Below, piece after piece: positions 1 to 11,400 of a stretch of 64,000 nucleotides of DNA. Below the pieces are notes generated by a model. That model ran no database searches, had not been told where the DNA came from, and saw nothing but the letters and a program-made list of their open reading frames with translations. Position numbers and translations under genes: made by a program. The first letter of the stretch is position 1, and each line of letters begins with the position of its first letter. Location: positions 4,216,001 to 4,280,000 of the forward strand of contig CATNEN010000001.1 of the NCBI GenBank assembly GCA_950097015.1, in the 5' to 3' direction. Source of the DNA: Macrostomum hystrix. Taxonomy: Eukaryota; Animalia; Platyhelminthes.

Positions 1-148
1 TAGGATACAACCCTTGTGGCTACATATTTATATTAAAAAAATAAGGACTAAAAAATAAGCAGTTGTTTCAAGAAGCCGTATTAATTCAATGTTTTCATGT
101 CTATGATTTAAATAGATTGTTATATTTAAATTTTTAACGCAACTTCAG

Positions 149-1234
149 CTCTGGTGCTATTTCGTGCCACCGATGTCAACGCTGGCTTCGATAGTGCAGC
201 GCCGTTTCGAGACCCTTTTACTGGAGCAATGGTCGTCAACATTGATTGTGTGATTTCGTCTCAGCGGTACGTGTCTAGCCTGTCTAGTGCCGAGATTCTT
301 ATCGTACTACCAAGAATCGCGCAATCGGTAAGCACTTCGGCGCTTTCGCTTGAGCAGCTGCGTCCACCGCAGCAAACAGACTGGTTTCAACGCTTGCGTG
401 AGCTCAATGTCGGATGGCGTGACTTTTCAGACTTCTCAAAATGTTTTCTTAGTCTGCCGCAGCTTCGAGTTCTGCAGCTGCGCTCTTACATCGACTATCC
501 GGATGCTCCACTCGACTTTGAAGTTTTAACACCGAATGTGCAAAGACTAACGCTGGACTTTGCTAGTGGCAGCTTGCAGCCGAGGCGATGCGTTGGTCGC
601 CTTCCTAGTCAGCTTATGTCGCTGCGACTGTCGCTGCTGAGCCTTCTAGATCTTCGTGCAGGGGATTGGCTAGCCTTACCGCCTGTCAGTGCGGCTAAGG
701 AGTCAGGTAAAACGGCTATTGAAAATTTTTCGGGATTTGTGTAAGGGGATATGTTCAGCCTTGACGAGGGGCTTATTATCAGCACTTCTTTGCACAGAAG
801 CCGGCACTCTTCGATCCCTCTCTGTCGCGTGTCGCTTCGTTGCTGCGTCTGATCTTCGCCTGCTGGCTGACACAGCTAATCGACTATCTAACGCTGGTCA
901 TGGCCTCACCAGTTTGACCTTGTCAGCCACAGCATGCGACCTGTCCGGCACCGAGCTGCGCCATTGGTTGCTAGGCAGCAGCATGCTGCCAGCTACGCTG
1001 CGTCTACTCTCTCTAGACGTTCCTGCCGCCAAAGCCGCTCTACGGATTCCTCGCGAAGTTGGAAATGGTGGCCGAGTTGTCACTCCAGATGGCGCGGTGA
1101 GGCTGCGGCCTCACCAACCGGACGATTGCAGCTGCTGGTGCAGCGGAGTTGGTTCTGATTCCGAGCGCCAGCTCAGACGACGCCCTGCGGGACATTGCCT
1201 GTCAGCTTTCTGCTACAGTGACATATGTTGCTGA
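149..1234 (+). CDS. 3' exons of a leucine-rich-repeat-like protein (5' end outside the window); exons 149-706 and 798-1234
   Basis: Acceptor ttcAG at 147-148. The phase-1 donor G|GTAAA at 707 joins acceptor cacAG (796-797) in frame. Repeated LxxLxL motifs (LRELNV, LRVLQL, VQRLTL, LRSLSV, LTSLTL). AATAAA near 1531. Confidence 0.55.
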
Positions 1235-2647
1235 CAATGGCATTTTGTCTTAGTTTTACTCGTAGATTGCTAACATATTTTGTCCTTGGTAAATTATCTG
1301 GTCATATTCCCAATTTCCCAATTCCCATATTCACAATGTGGTAAGCACATAGTTTAAACTCTTCGTCATTTTTGCTTCATCCTTTGACATCTTGGCTGCA
1401 TTTAGTTGCTCATCTTATGCCTTTTGTCATCAATTCTTGTCTGAGCACTTTATCCCCAATTCGTCTCACATGCATAAAAGCTGCTCTCGTGTACCATTAG
1501 AAAGCAGCACTTTAACTTTCATTTATTTCAAATAAATTTTAGACGTTTTGTTTCATTCCTAATCTTTACTCTCCATGAGCTTGTGCGATTGGACCTTGCA
1601 TATCATGGCGCCATGTCACAGAAAAACGATAATCGTCATATAAAGCCAAATAAATAGCCAAATAGCACAAAAAGCCACGATACCAATTTGTCGAATACGC
1701 AGTTTATAGTACGTAAAATGTTTTAAATAAAACGCGCGCGTCTTTTGACTTCCTGTTGGTACTCGTTGGAGTCCGTCAGTGACTCGGTCTGACACAGCCT
1801 CGACCATCGACTCCTAAACAAGTACAGTCTGACAGGGTCGACCTTGGCACTCCTGCTCAGGCTGTCAAATTTTCGGAGGGCCATGAGACTCGCCCGCAGG
1901 TCAGGTGTTTTTTTCGTCGATTGCTGAGACTTACCCACAGCGAACTTTTCCCACAGCAAGACTTAAGGTCCGTTTTTTAATGCGATGTCATTCGTACCAG
2001 CGCATTGTACATACGTAACTTCTGAAAAACTTCTCATAGACACATCCACTGACCAGTCTCGTGGTGGTTTGGAAAGCCCTTGATTTACTTTACTTAACTG
2101 CATCGTCGTTAGCGGATGCTTCGATGAGGATCATACATTCCCCCTAGCCCCTGGCAGCCAGACGACCTCTGGTCAGGTGGTGTTGCTGAGTAAATAAGAT
2201 AGTGTATTGAGCTATTTCCACCATTTATCCACAAGCGTCGATGCAATCGTCAATTAAATTTCTAGCTTAGAAAAGTAACTTACGATTGCTGTGCTCTTTA
2301 GCCTGATTGTTCGTGTTATTTTTGGAGGTCAAACATCTCTGCAAACGGCGCATTGTTAGTTTCTGCATATAAAACCGCCTCCGTTGGAAAAATGTCTTAC
2401 AGATCGCTTGATTGGTTTCGGACAAAGCTGGTCCGGTTTCTCATCCGGGTTCATTGTCACGTACATGTCACGACAAACTACGAGCATTTGTATATTAGAT
2501 TGTATTAGTATTTGGAGCAAAATTATGATTTAAAGCTCGATGCATTGTGTCTAAGGGTCACTAACCTAAACTAATCAGCTTTTAGTGACAGCAGCTGAAA
2601 AAAACGAGAAGGCTCTCCTCAACTGCCAAATGCAAACAATGACCATG

Positions 2648-2995
2648 GGGGCCGGGGGTGTGGCAGAGCTGGATAACGCGTCTTCCTCTCGCGCCAAGGT
2701 CCATAAGCTCGATTCCGCGGCGAGGCCACATTCATTTGGGGCGCAGCCGCGGAGAGAAGGCTTGGGGGCTTGTCCTGCAATTTATACCCTTGAGGGCCAA
2801 CCTCCAAGGCACAGTGAAAGTGTACACTGCCTGGTGATGAGAAGTCAGGGCAAATGTACACAACTGCATGCGTGAGTGTGTGCTCAGGAGTCAGTGAAAT
2901 GGGCAGAATTGCCTCCTCGCTGGCTGCGGGTCTAGTGCCAACAAATGATGTGCAATTGCCCGCAGCCCTCCTGCAATTATTACTATTATTATTTA
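2648..2995 (+). mobile_element. tRNA-derived SINE family A, copy 1
   Basis: Degenerate A/B boxes, a body that aligns by eye to copies at 19719, 21970(-) and 53955(-), and a (TTA)n tail. Confidence 0.8.
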
Positions 2996-4339
2996 TATTT
3001 TTGAAGCCTGCTTGTACTCGTAGTAGAGCCCTTAAGCCATTTTTACATTCAGTACTGGCACTGGTGCCTCCCAAATTTTTCCATGGCACAACATAGCTAG
3101 TGCTTAACGGAGAACTTTATTTGCAGCCAAAGTTCTGTTTTGCTAACCATGGAGATCTCGCTAGCTAGCGGCTGCACTAGATGGTCGAGCTGCGAATCGG
3201 AAATCTACTCCACCCTATAGCTTCTCGGCCTGGTAGAACTGCTGCCGCGTCGCGTATCTACCCTGAGCTTAGGCGAAGCGCGCAATCTAACTATCGCTTG
3301 CGCTCTGCTGGGCGGTTCAAATATAGTTCTCTGTGATCCGACGCATCATATGGACCCGCAACCAGACAGCGACTGTGGCGACGATTATCGGCGTCGGCAG
3401 CGTTGCATCATAGTCGGCTGTTCTGGACTATCGGCCAGCGGCATAGACGAGATGAATTTTTCTCATAACTAAATAGAGAAAAATGAACGATTGAGCATTC
3501 AGTGGATTTTCTGTGCATGGTTACAGCTAGAATAATTAAGGGAATAAAACTCTCAAGTCCTTTTTGGTCATAGACAAGTTCGACTGAGTTCGCTGATGAG
3601 TATTAACACGGAGCCATAGATTAGACAATGGCATCGACTTGAAGCTGTAAAGTACTTTAACAAAGAAGGTAAAATCAATGAACTATTAGCTGTTCATATG
3701 GTGGAACAGTTAGGTCAGTACGGAATCTCAAAAGTGAGAAATTAAATATGAACAAGCAACATTTGATATTAAAACTCCTGCCGGTTCTTAGGTTTTTTTA
3801 AGAAGTGTTTAGGCATTTCATGAACAATGATTCAAACAGATGAAGCACTATACCTCCTCGTAAGTGACGTAGCCTGAAGTTTGGGGTGCCGTGTCTTTAG
3901 GGGGCCATTATGTACCGCCCTTGCCCCCATAGCTACGCCCTTCGTCATCGTAAAAACAAGGCATATTCCGTGAGCCCGGCAAAGTCAGCGGCGCATGATG
4001 CAACCAGTGACAATGCGCCGCATTGCTCGAGTGTCGGCCTGGCAGCATTCATACTCTGTGCACCATGGTGTCAGCGCCTGCCTCTCAACTTTGACTGCGC
4101 CGTGCATCCCTCTCTGGCTTGTCAGCCATTGCGTGTTTATGGATGCCTAAAAGCCCAAAAAAATCACTGACCGCAACTTAACCGGTTTAACATAACTTCG
4201 ATCCTATATACGAGTATATTTTTCCTATTGAAACGGATTCTTCTACAGAAGTCAGTGAAGTTCTCAAAGAACTTTAATTTTTTTCCTTCACTCGCATTTT
4301 GTGTTTATAATTTCCTATTTTCCAATGAAATTCTATTTT

Positions 4340-5503
4340 TCAGATCTTGGGCCGACCCCAGCGTAGCTCTTCAGTAGCCAGCTCAACCGCGTGCGCAGCG
4401 GAGCCCCAGCTGAGGCCAACTCCATTGGCACCGTGGCAATAGTTGTGCACAACTGGCACACCATCGATCAGGCCGCGGTCAACCTCCAGCCGGGTGCCGC
4501 CGCGTCGACATGGTCGCAGGCCGGTATGCGCGCCGAGAATGCGCGCGGAACGCAGCGCCGGAAGAATTCGCCAGGCACGAGTCAAGATGTCTGCCGTGTC
4601 AGCTTCGCTAGCGGTCAAGTCGTACGATCCGACTCCGTAGGTGCCGCCCAGAACAACATCGTCACGATTCGGCAATACATAATTAGAACCGGGGCCATGC
4701 AGAGCCAGCTTTTGCATGGGAGCATGGACTCGCACAACTTGACCTTTCGCCGGGTAGACATCTGGATCAGGGCACAGCTTGGCGGCCCCGAGGCCAGCGC
4801 AGTTGAACAGCAAGTCGCAGCCACTCTCCGTGGCCTCGGCCAGGGTATTAAGCCGCTGCTGGCGCACTGTGACTCGGCCACTGCTGCGCAGCTTGTTTAA
4901 CAGGTAGGGCAAATAGCGGCTGCCCTGGGCGTATACCGTGACTGCCTGTGATTTAAATAAAGTACATTCACAAGGCTATTCTTCCAAAGAAGGTCAAACA
5001 ATGTGTAAGTCAAGATTTCGTTTTTGGGCAACTTAGACTACGAGAGCGAAATTAAAAGTATAATTTCAACGTTCAACCTGAAAGCCAGTAGCAACTCCTG
5101 AATTTCGAGCGTTCGGCAGCAGCCAGTCCAGCTGCTCATCCGTCAGTCGTCGGCATGAGAATACGTAGGGCGCAAAGAATGGCTCTTCAGCGTTAGCTTG
5201 TTCGCTTAGCTCACACAGAGCTGCAATGCCAACGCCGGCCAAGTCGGCGTCGCTGGATGCTGCAATTCGTCGATAGTGCTCACTGGAAGCGGCAGCCCAT
5301 TTGCCAAGAATGGCTGTGTCAGCTGTTGGAACTCGGGACACTGTCGGACAGAAGTAGCCAGCCGCTACGTAGCTGACTATCCCGGCATCGATCTCCGATG
5401 CAACGATAGTGAGCTCGGCACTCGGATGGGCTTGTTGGAAGGCGCATGCTGTTGAGAGGCCTACCACACCGGCACCGACAACAGTCACTTTTAAATTGGA
5501 CAT
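4340..5503 (-). CDS. D-amino-acid oxidase / D-aspartate oxidase family flavoenzyme; exons 5503-5078 and 4945-4340, about 343 aa
   Basis: N-terminal FAD motif VVGAGVVGLSTA, plus NCAGLGA, P-KGQV, GLRP and HNYCHGANG. Phase-0 GT-AG intron at 5077-4946. DAO versus DDO cannot be decided by eye. Confidence 0.9.
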
Positions 5504-5811
5504 TTGGCAATTAAATTGTTTTGCTCACTCTGATTCTAGTGTGCTCGGCCAGCCCTTTATGTGTGCAAAAGCGCGGCAAGGCTAGAAAAGTTTATGATAA
5601 TCCGACTCTCTATGTTAGGCGTTCTTACTCTGGTGTATGAACTATCGTGTCTTTACGCGTGCTATGTTAAACTGTTTTGAAAGTGCTGTTAAAAGGGCAG
5701 ACCGTACCTCTTGTCACATGTTTCTTGACAGATAGCAATTTAAAAGTATAAGCAGCGCTTAAATTTAGAGCATACAACATAGAAAGGCATTAGACAGTCC
5801 TCTTAACCGGC

Positions 5812-6030
5812 TTGCTGCTTGGCAATCCGGCGCTAGTGGTGATTGACGAAGCTTCAACGAGCGCTGACCCTGAGGCAAAGCGCCTGATCTGGAGTGATGA
5901 GCAGCGATCCGTGTTGGTGACCACGCACAGCATGGAGGAGGTCGAGGCCCTATGCAGTAGTGTGGGAATCATGAATCAAGGCCACATGATCGCTTTCGGA
6001 ACTATTCAACAGCTGAGGAGCAGGTATGTA
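5812..6030 (+). pseudogene. Isolated duplicate of the ABCA NBD2 exon end (copy of about 12945-13180)
   Basis: Near-identical to LLGNPALVVIDEAST...QQLRSR, with a 6-codon in-frame deletion. Retains the AG|GTATG donor. Confidence 0.85.
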
Positions 6031-6307
6031 TGTATGAGGAGCTGACGAGCGTAACGAATCAGTGTGCTTTTTAATGAATATTTTATGGAAGGCTACGCGT
6101 GAAAAAGCTTGGCGATCAAAATTGCCAACTTGATTTTACGTCATGCACGACTAATGCATGCGACTTTACTAAAATCTCTCTCACTTAACCTTGTGGAATG
6201 CTTTTTTGAAGCCAACTACTACGAGTAGATTCTGAACCAATCAACTCTGACCAATCGATTTCAGATGCCGACTCTGACCAATCATTTCCGGATTCCGACT
6301 CTGAACA

Positions 6308-6367
6308 GTGTCACTAAATGGTGTGCCATTGCCTGCAGCCCTCCTGAAATCATTATTATTATTATTT
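6308..6367 (+). mobile_element. 3' tail fragment of SINE family A
   Basis: gtgtcactaaatggtgtgccattgcctgcagccctcctgaaat+(TTA)n matches the last ~60 nt of the full copies. Confidence 0.7.
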
Positions 6368-6373
6368 GTCGCG

Positions 6374-6781
6374 CTATGTGGAACAGTGGACATGCAAAAC
6401 GGAATGGCCCATGGAATTGATTGCTTGACCAACAGCTTCAGTCGCCTCTCGTTCAAGTAGCATGAATCTCCACTGCTTAAGTGTCCCTCCTTCTGGTGGA
6501 ACTTGCTCATCCTCAACCTCAACTATGACGGCTTCCGCCAAACTGTTCTTGAAAATTGACTCCAACGCAGAGTTAGAAAATTCGGTCGGGTTTAGAAATG
6601 ATGAATACGGGGGTAGGATTCGTGTCGTAATTCTGTCCCGATGGTTCTCTTGGATCTCAACATTACGGTGAAAATTTTGGCCATCCATAAAAATTAACAC
6701 GTCCAGTTGATGGCAGCGGTCCGCTAGGTGGTCTAAAAATTCTTTAAACCTTTGCTGCGTTTGGCCACCTCTCTGGGTGAC
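6374..6781 (-). mobile_element. IS630/Tc1-like DDE transposase fragment
   Basis: Translation FKEFLDHL...LIFMDGQNFH...LPPYSSFLNPTEF resembles the DDE_3 motifs (viimDN..H, LPpYSP.LNPIE). Confidence 0.7.
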
Positions 6782-6783
6782 AG

Positions 6784-7337
6784 TTGCCAGTATGTTTACA
6801 TTTTGCCCTTAGAGGAGGAGAGGAGCACAGCGAAATGACAATCGACCAACTATCAACCGCCATAAGAGATGAGAAACGTTGCTTGGTATACCGTGAAACT
6901 GTTTTAAAGACCAACGCTGGTGGGTTGGCCAGTCACACAATCATTAAGCCAAAGGAAGGTTGTCCACTTTATGTCTACAGATTCAACCAGGTGCCATGTG
7001 AGCCTATTTAAGGAATATCTACTCAAGCGTCCAGCAGGAGCAACCCGTTTCAATTTGCAACCATTGGAAGCCCGGTGTTAAGTGGTTTTCAAATCGGCCT
7101 ATTGGCAAAAACACGCTCTGCGGATTCATGAACGAAATGTGCACAGAAGCACGAATTATTGGACGAGTGAGTAATCACAGCCTGCGTGCCACATGTGCCA
7201 CCCGTTTATACCAGGCTAACGTGGATGGACAGCTCATCATGGAGCGAACAGGACATCGAAGTCTATCTGCACTGCGATGCTACAAACGAACGTCTGATGT
7301 CCAAATCGAAAAATTGCAGTGCGATTTTGGATTTTAA
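6784..7337 (+). mobile_element. Crypton-type tyrosine recombinase fragment (DUF3504-like), frameshifted
   Basis: FALRGGEEH, KTNAGGL, WFSNRPIGKNTL, NHSLRAT, ERTGHRS and RCYKRTS supply R-K-HxxR-H-Y across more than one frame. Confidence 0.8.
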
Positions 7338-8463
7338 AAAGTCTGTAGGGTGTCATTCAGCGTTCGGGCCAGGCCCAGTCGATTAATTTTAACTTTAAGG
7401 ACTGTACTGTGACGATCAATAATTAAGTGAGGTATGCACTGAAGAAAACTCAATGGACAAAGTCTGCTTGAAGTGCATGCCTTATGCACTTTGTTAAAAA
7501 AGTTCTGCGCTTTTCTAAGTTTGCCTGCCTCATTGTTGTCTATGGCAAAAGCTTTTTGCTAGTTAAACTTGCAACAATCCCGAAATATATCCGGGAATGC
7601 GGTTTCTTAAATCCCGCAAAATAAAAATCCATGTCAATAATCTTCTGGAAAGTAACTTTAAAGTGGTTTACTTCGGGTGTCCCAAATTTATTTAGACTTG
7701 TCGCAAAATTTAACAATATCAACCGCAGCAACAAAACAAACCATCAGTCAGTAACGTAATCTCCTTGGCATTGAATATCAGCGTCGCAGTGATCCCAAAG
7801 TCGATGCAACTCCTGCTGCAGGCTCTCAATCTCCAGACCCCTTGCCCACTGCAACGTCGCCTCTTGCACTTAAACATGGTTCCCAAACTGGCGATGCTCG
7901 CAGTCTCGCTTCAGCCAAAAAAAACAAAAAACGGTCACAAAGATTCAAATCTGGACTGTACGGATGCCTCGTTTCTCCAAGAAATGTTGAGTTGCTGAAG
8001 TAAATTTTATTATGCAAATATATACATTTTCTACATCCGTATAGCAGCAAATAAATTTTGCTGTGTTGTATAACCTGTGCATAACTTGTTAAATAGAAAA
8101 GTGTTCTTGGCCATTAATCCTGCTAATTAAATGAAACAAGCTAAAAGAATGTCTGTGCACTGGAGCACATTAGGACGACGCTTAATTAGATCGACGTCTG
8201 CTTGAATCAGAAGCACGCTGCAGTAACCAAAGCTCAGCATGTGGAAACCCGCAGTAAACAGTGCAATCTGTTGGCTTAATTTGCTGCGTGATAAGAACAA
8301 GGTTGATAACAAAGCAAACAGAGTTGCCATTTAAGCTATAAATTGTTAGCCTAAAGGGCCTCGGGCGTTTTATAATTCTTATTGCAACTTTTCTGTATTT
8401 AGAAAACTCACCCATAAGAGTCAAGCAACAAGAGTTTAGTCTCGATACTTACAGAATTAATTC

Positions 8464-11400
8464 ATGGCGGCTATACGGCAGGCTTTGTACCTGCTGAAAC
8501 TTCTCCTAATGTTGAAGTCGTATCGCTTCCTACTGTGTGTTCTTCCGATCGCCTGTCTAGTATCCAACACTTTTCTTTACCCGTTATTGGAGAACCTAGT
8601 GAGTCCAAGCAGCGAGTCGCGAGTCGGTCTCAAAACATTTGGCGCAGATGAATTCGTGAAGAACAGTCGCGTCCTTGCCAACTCTCAGCTGTCTGAGGTT
8701 AAGACGATGCTAAGCATCATTGCCAATCGACAAAGCCCAGCTTCAGCGAGCGCAAACCAATGGCTCTCGGACTGCAACTCGAAGGACGACTGTAAGGACA
8801 AATTGTTTCGCGCTTTGCATAGCTCCTCTGGGACGCACGTCATTAGCCAAGTGGGTTTCGAAGATTACAGTCCAATCAACAAGATTGTGATCAGTTGCTT
8901 GTTGACGGACAATTCTGATCTGGGATGTTCTTACTTGGTGCATCTTGTTGCACAGTCGCTAGATCAAAACCCAGCAGCCGACTCTGTGTTTCAAAGCGTT
9001 ACGTTTTTCGACTTGATTAACTCACTCAGTCGCTCCCAGTCCCGAAATCAAGGACCTGGGGAAAGGGTCGATAAGCAATTCGAAGCTCAGAATTCGGTGT
9101 GTTCGAAAAACAACGGAATCGTTTATCAATCTATTTTTCCTTTAGTCCTTATGTTCCAAATGATGTTAGCCTCAACAGGCCTAATATTTTACGTCACTTT
9201 GGGCAACGTGTCTTGTATCAGTCGGCTCAAGCGAGACGGATTTCTGCAGCTCATGCATCAGAACGGTCTCTCAGCGGGTGCGTTCTGGAGTGCGGTATGG
9301 TTCCTGACAATCGTGGAGATGGTTGCGTTTGGAGTAGTTGGTGTGCTGGCTTTTCAACTGCAATGCGACATCTACTCACCTGGAAACTTGGTGCTGACAT
9401 TTTTTATGATTTTCTTGTTTGGAATTTATATTTCCGCGCTTGGCTATCTGCTGAGTTCGCTAATAAAGTCATTTTTTATTTCACTCCTTCTAATGGTGCT
9501 GCTGACAGTGGTGCACATCGCACTTATTATAGCCATCCGCATTGGCTTAAGTGGTGAAGACCCAAATCAAAAGATTGCGCGCTACGTTCTACTTTTGTTT
9601 CCGTTTTGTCACATAGGCGAGATACTAATTCACTTGCTCGCTGAAAACTCTTCACTGTCTGGATATTACCTAGCGATCTTCATATTAAGCATCGTGATAA
9701 CGATTCTGCTAGTGCTGGCGGGTCTATACGCAGACTTTGTAGCAGAAAATGGAAACGGGTATCGACTTCCATGGTCATTTCTCTTCCAAAGCGGATTTTG
9801 GACAAAGCAAAGTGGTCTAGAGACTCCGTCGACAAACACCGAGTCGAACCTTAATCGACCCAACATCGAGCCTGTATCAGAACAGTTAAAGCCCAGAATA
9901 AAAGTGACAGATATTGAAAAAACCTACAGAAAGAAGGAATATCCATGCAGCAGCGTGCAAATAGTTACAGCTTTAAACAGGGTGTCATGTGAGTTCGCGG
10001 TTTTCCATGTTACTGTTATTCATATTTTTCTTCTCCTTCAATAATTGCTCCAAACTCGTTCTCAACAGTGACTTGAAATCAATCACCTTGTTATTCCTTT
10101 GCAGGCACACTGTACGACAGTCAAATCACGGCTCTGATCGGACACAATGGAGCCGGAAAGACGACGCTGCTCAAAATTCTAATTGGCGCAGAAACTCCTA
10201 TTGGTGGAAATGCCACCATTGACGGGCGATCTGTGACGGACCCCCTTCAGCGTCTGAACCTTCGTGGCCAGCTCGGCATATGCCATCAAACTGACTCTCT
10301 CTGCAGTGACCTGACTGTCATGCAGTGCATCGAGCTAACTCTGATGAGCCGTGGCTTCAGCCTTGACGAACGAAAGTCGGAGGTGTCAGATTTGCTATCG
10401 AGACTTGATCTGGATGAGAAAGTAGGAAAGCGGGCAACCGATCTGAGCGGAGGACAGAAGAGAAAGCTCTGTACGATTCTCGCACTTATCGGTGATCCCA
10501 ATGTGATATTCCTTGACGAGCCAACCAGTGGCCTCGATCCCGTGTCACGCCGTCGGCTTTGGCAGATACTCCAGGAGTACAAGGTCGGCCGTTGCATCGT
10601 GCTCTGCACTCAGTTCATGGACGAAGCCGACATCCTAGCGGATCGCAAGATATTCTTGTCCAGCGGCTCCCTGATCTGTGCCGGATCGTCTCTGTTCCTT
10701 AAGCATGCCTTCGGATGTGGCTTCATTTTGAATGTGTCAGTAAAGTCTGAGCGATTCGCAGAAAACTTGCTATCTGCTCTGCGCACTGCCTGCCCATTCA
10801 TCAAGCTCCAGAACCAGTTCCGTACTGAGATGGAGCTTATTCTACCAGCTACTAAATCCGATGCTCTGCCTGATGTAGTGAAAGTGCTCGAAGCTAAATC
10901 TGATCTGGTGGAGGCATTCGGCTTGTCTCAAGCTACATTAGACGAAATTTTCATGAGACTGAAGGATGTGAATGTTGCACAAATCGATGAGGCCTTCCAG
11001 TCTGGCATGCTAAGCAGCTTCGCAGAGCATCAAGCGAGTGTTAGCATGGAGGTGCAGAACAATTTGCAGGCACTTCTTCGGTCTCAGGAAACAAGCCTGT
11101 CATCTGCTAGTGCGCCACAACAGTTTAGTGCCCTGCTGAAGCTGAATCTTGTACGGCTAAAGAGGGCAAAGCTGAAGCTGTGCTGCCGATTCATTTTTCC
11201 AGTCATTCTTCTTCTTGCTCTGCTTGGATCCCTATTTCTAGAGAAAAGTTTGCCCCGAGATATTCTGTCGATAAGAAGAAATATAAGCCGTTCAGGCTAC
11301 ACTGCGGCTGCCTTTTGCATCCAGGACCATGAAGATCAAAGTCACATGAACAAGTCGATATGCTGTCAAATTTTTGGATGCCATTTTGACAATAATTTTC

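Noticed and set aside
2080-2500. Possible RTE-type tail (TTTACTTTACTTA) and Helitron-like terminus (reverse ATCTAATATACAAATG)
   Set aside because: Single short motifs with no second copy, matching other end or TSD visible.
7740-8330. Short ORFs between the Crypton fragment and ABCA
   Set aside because: No recognisable domain or consistent splice structure.
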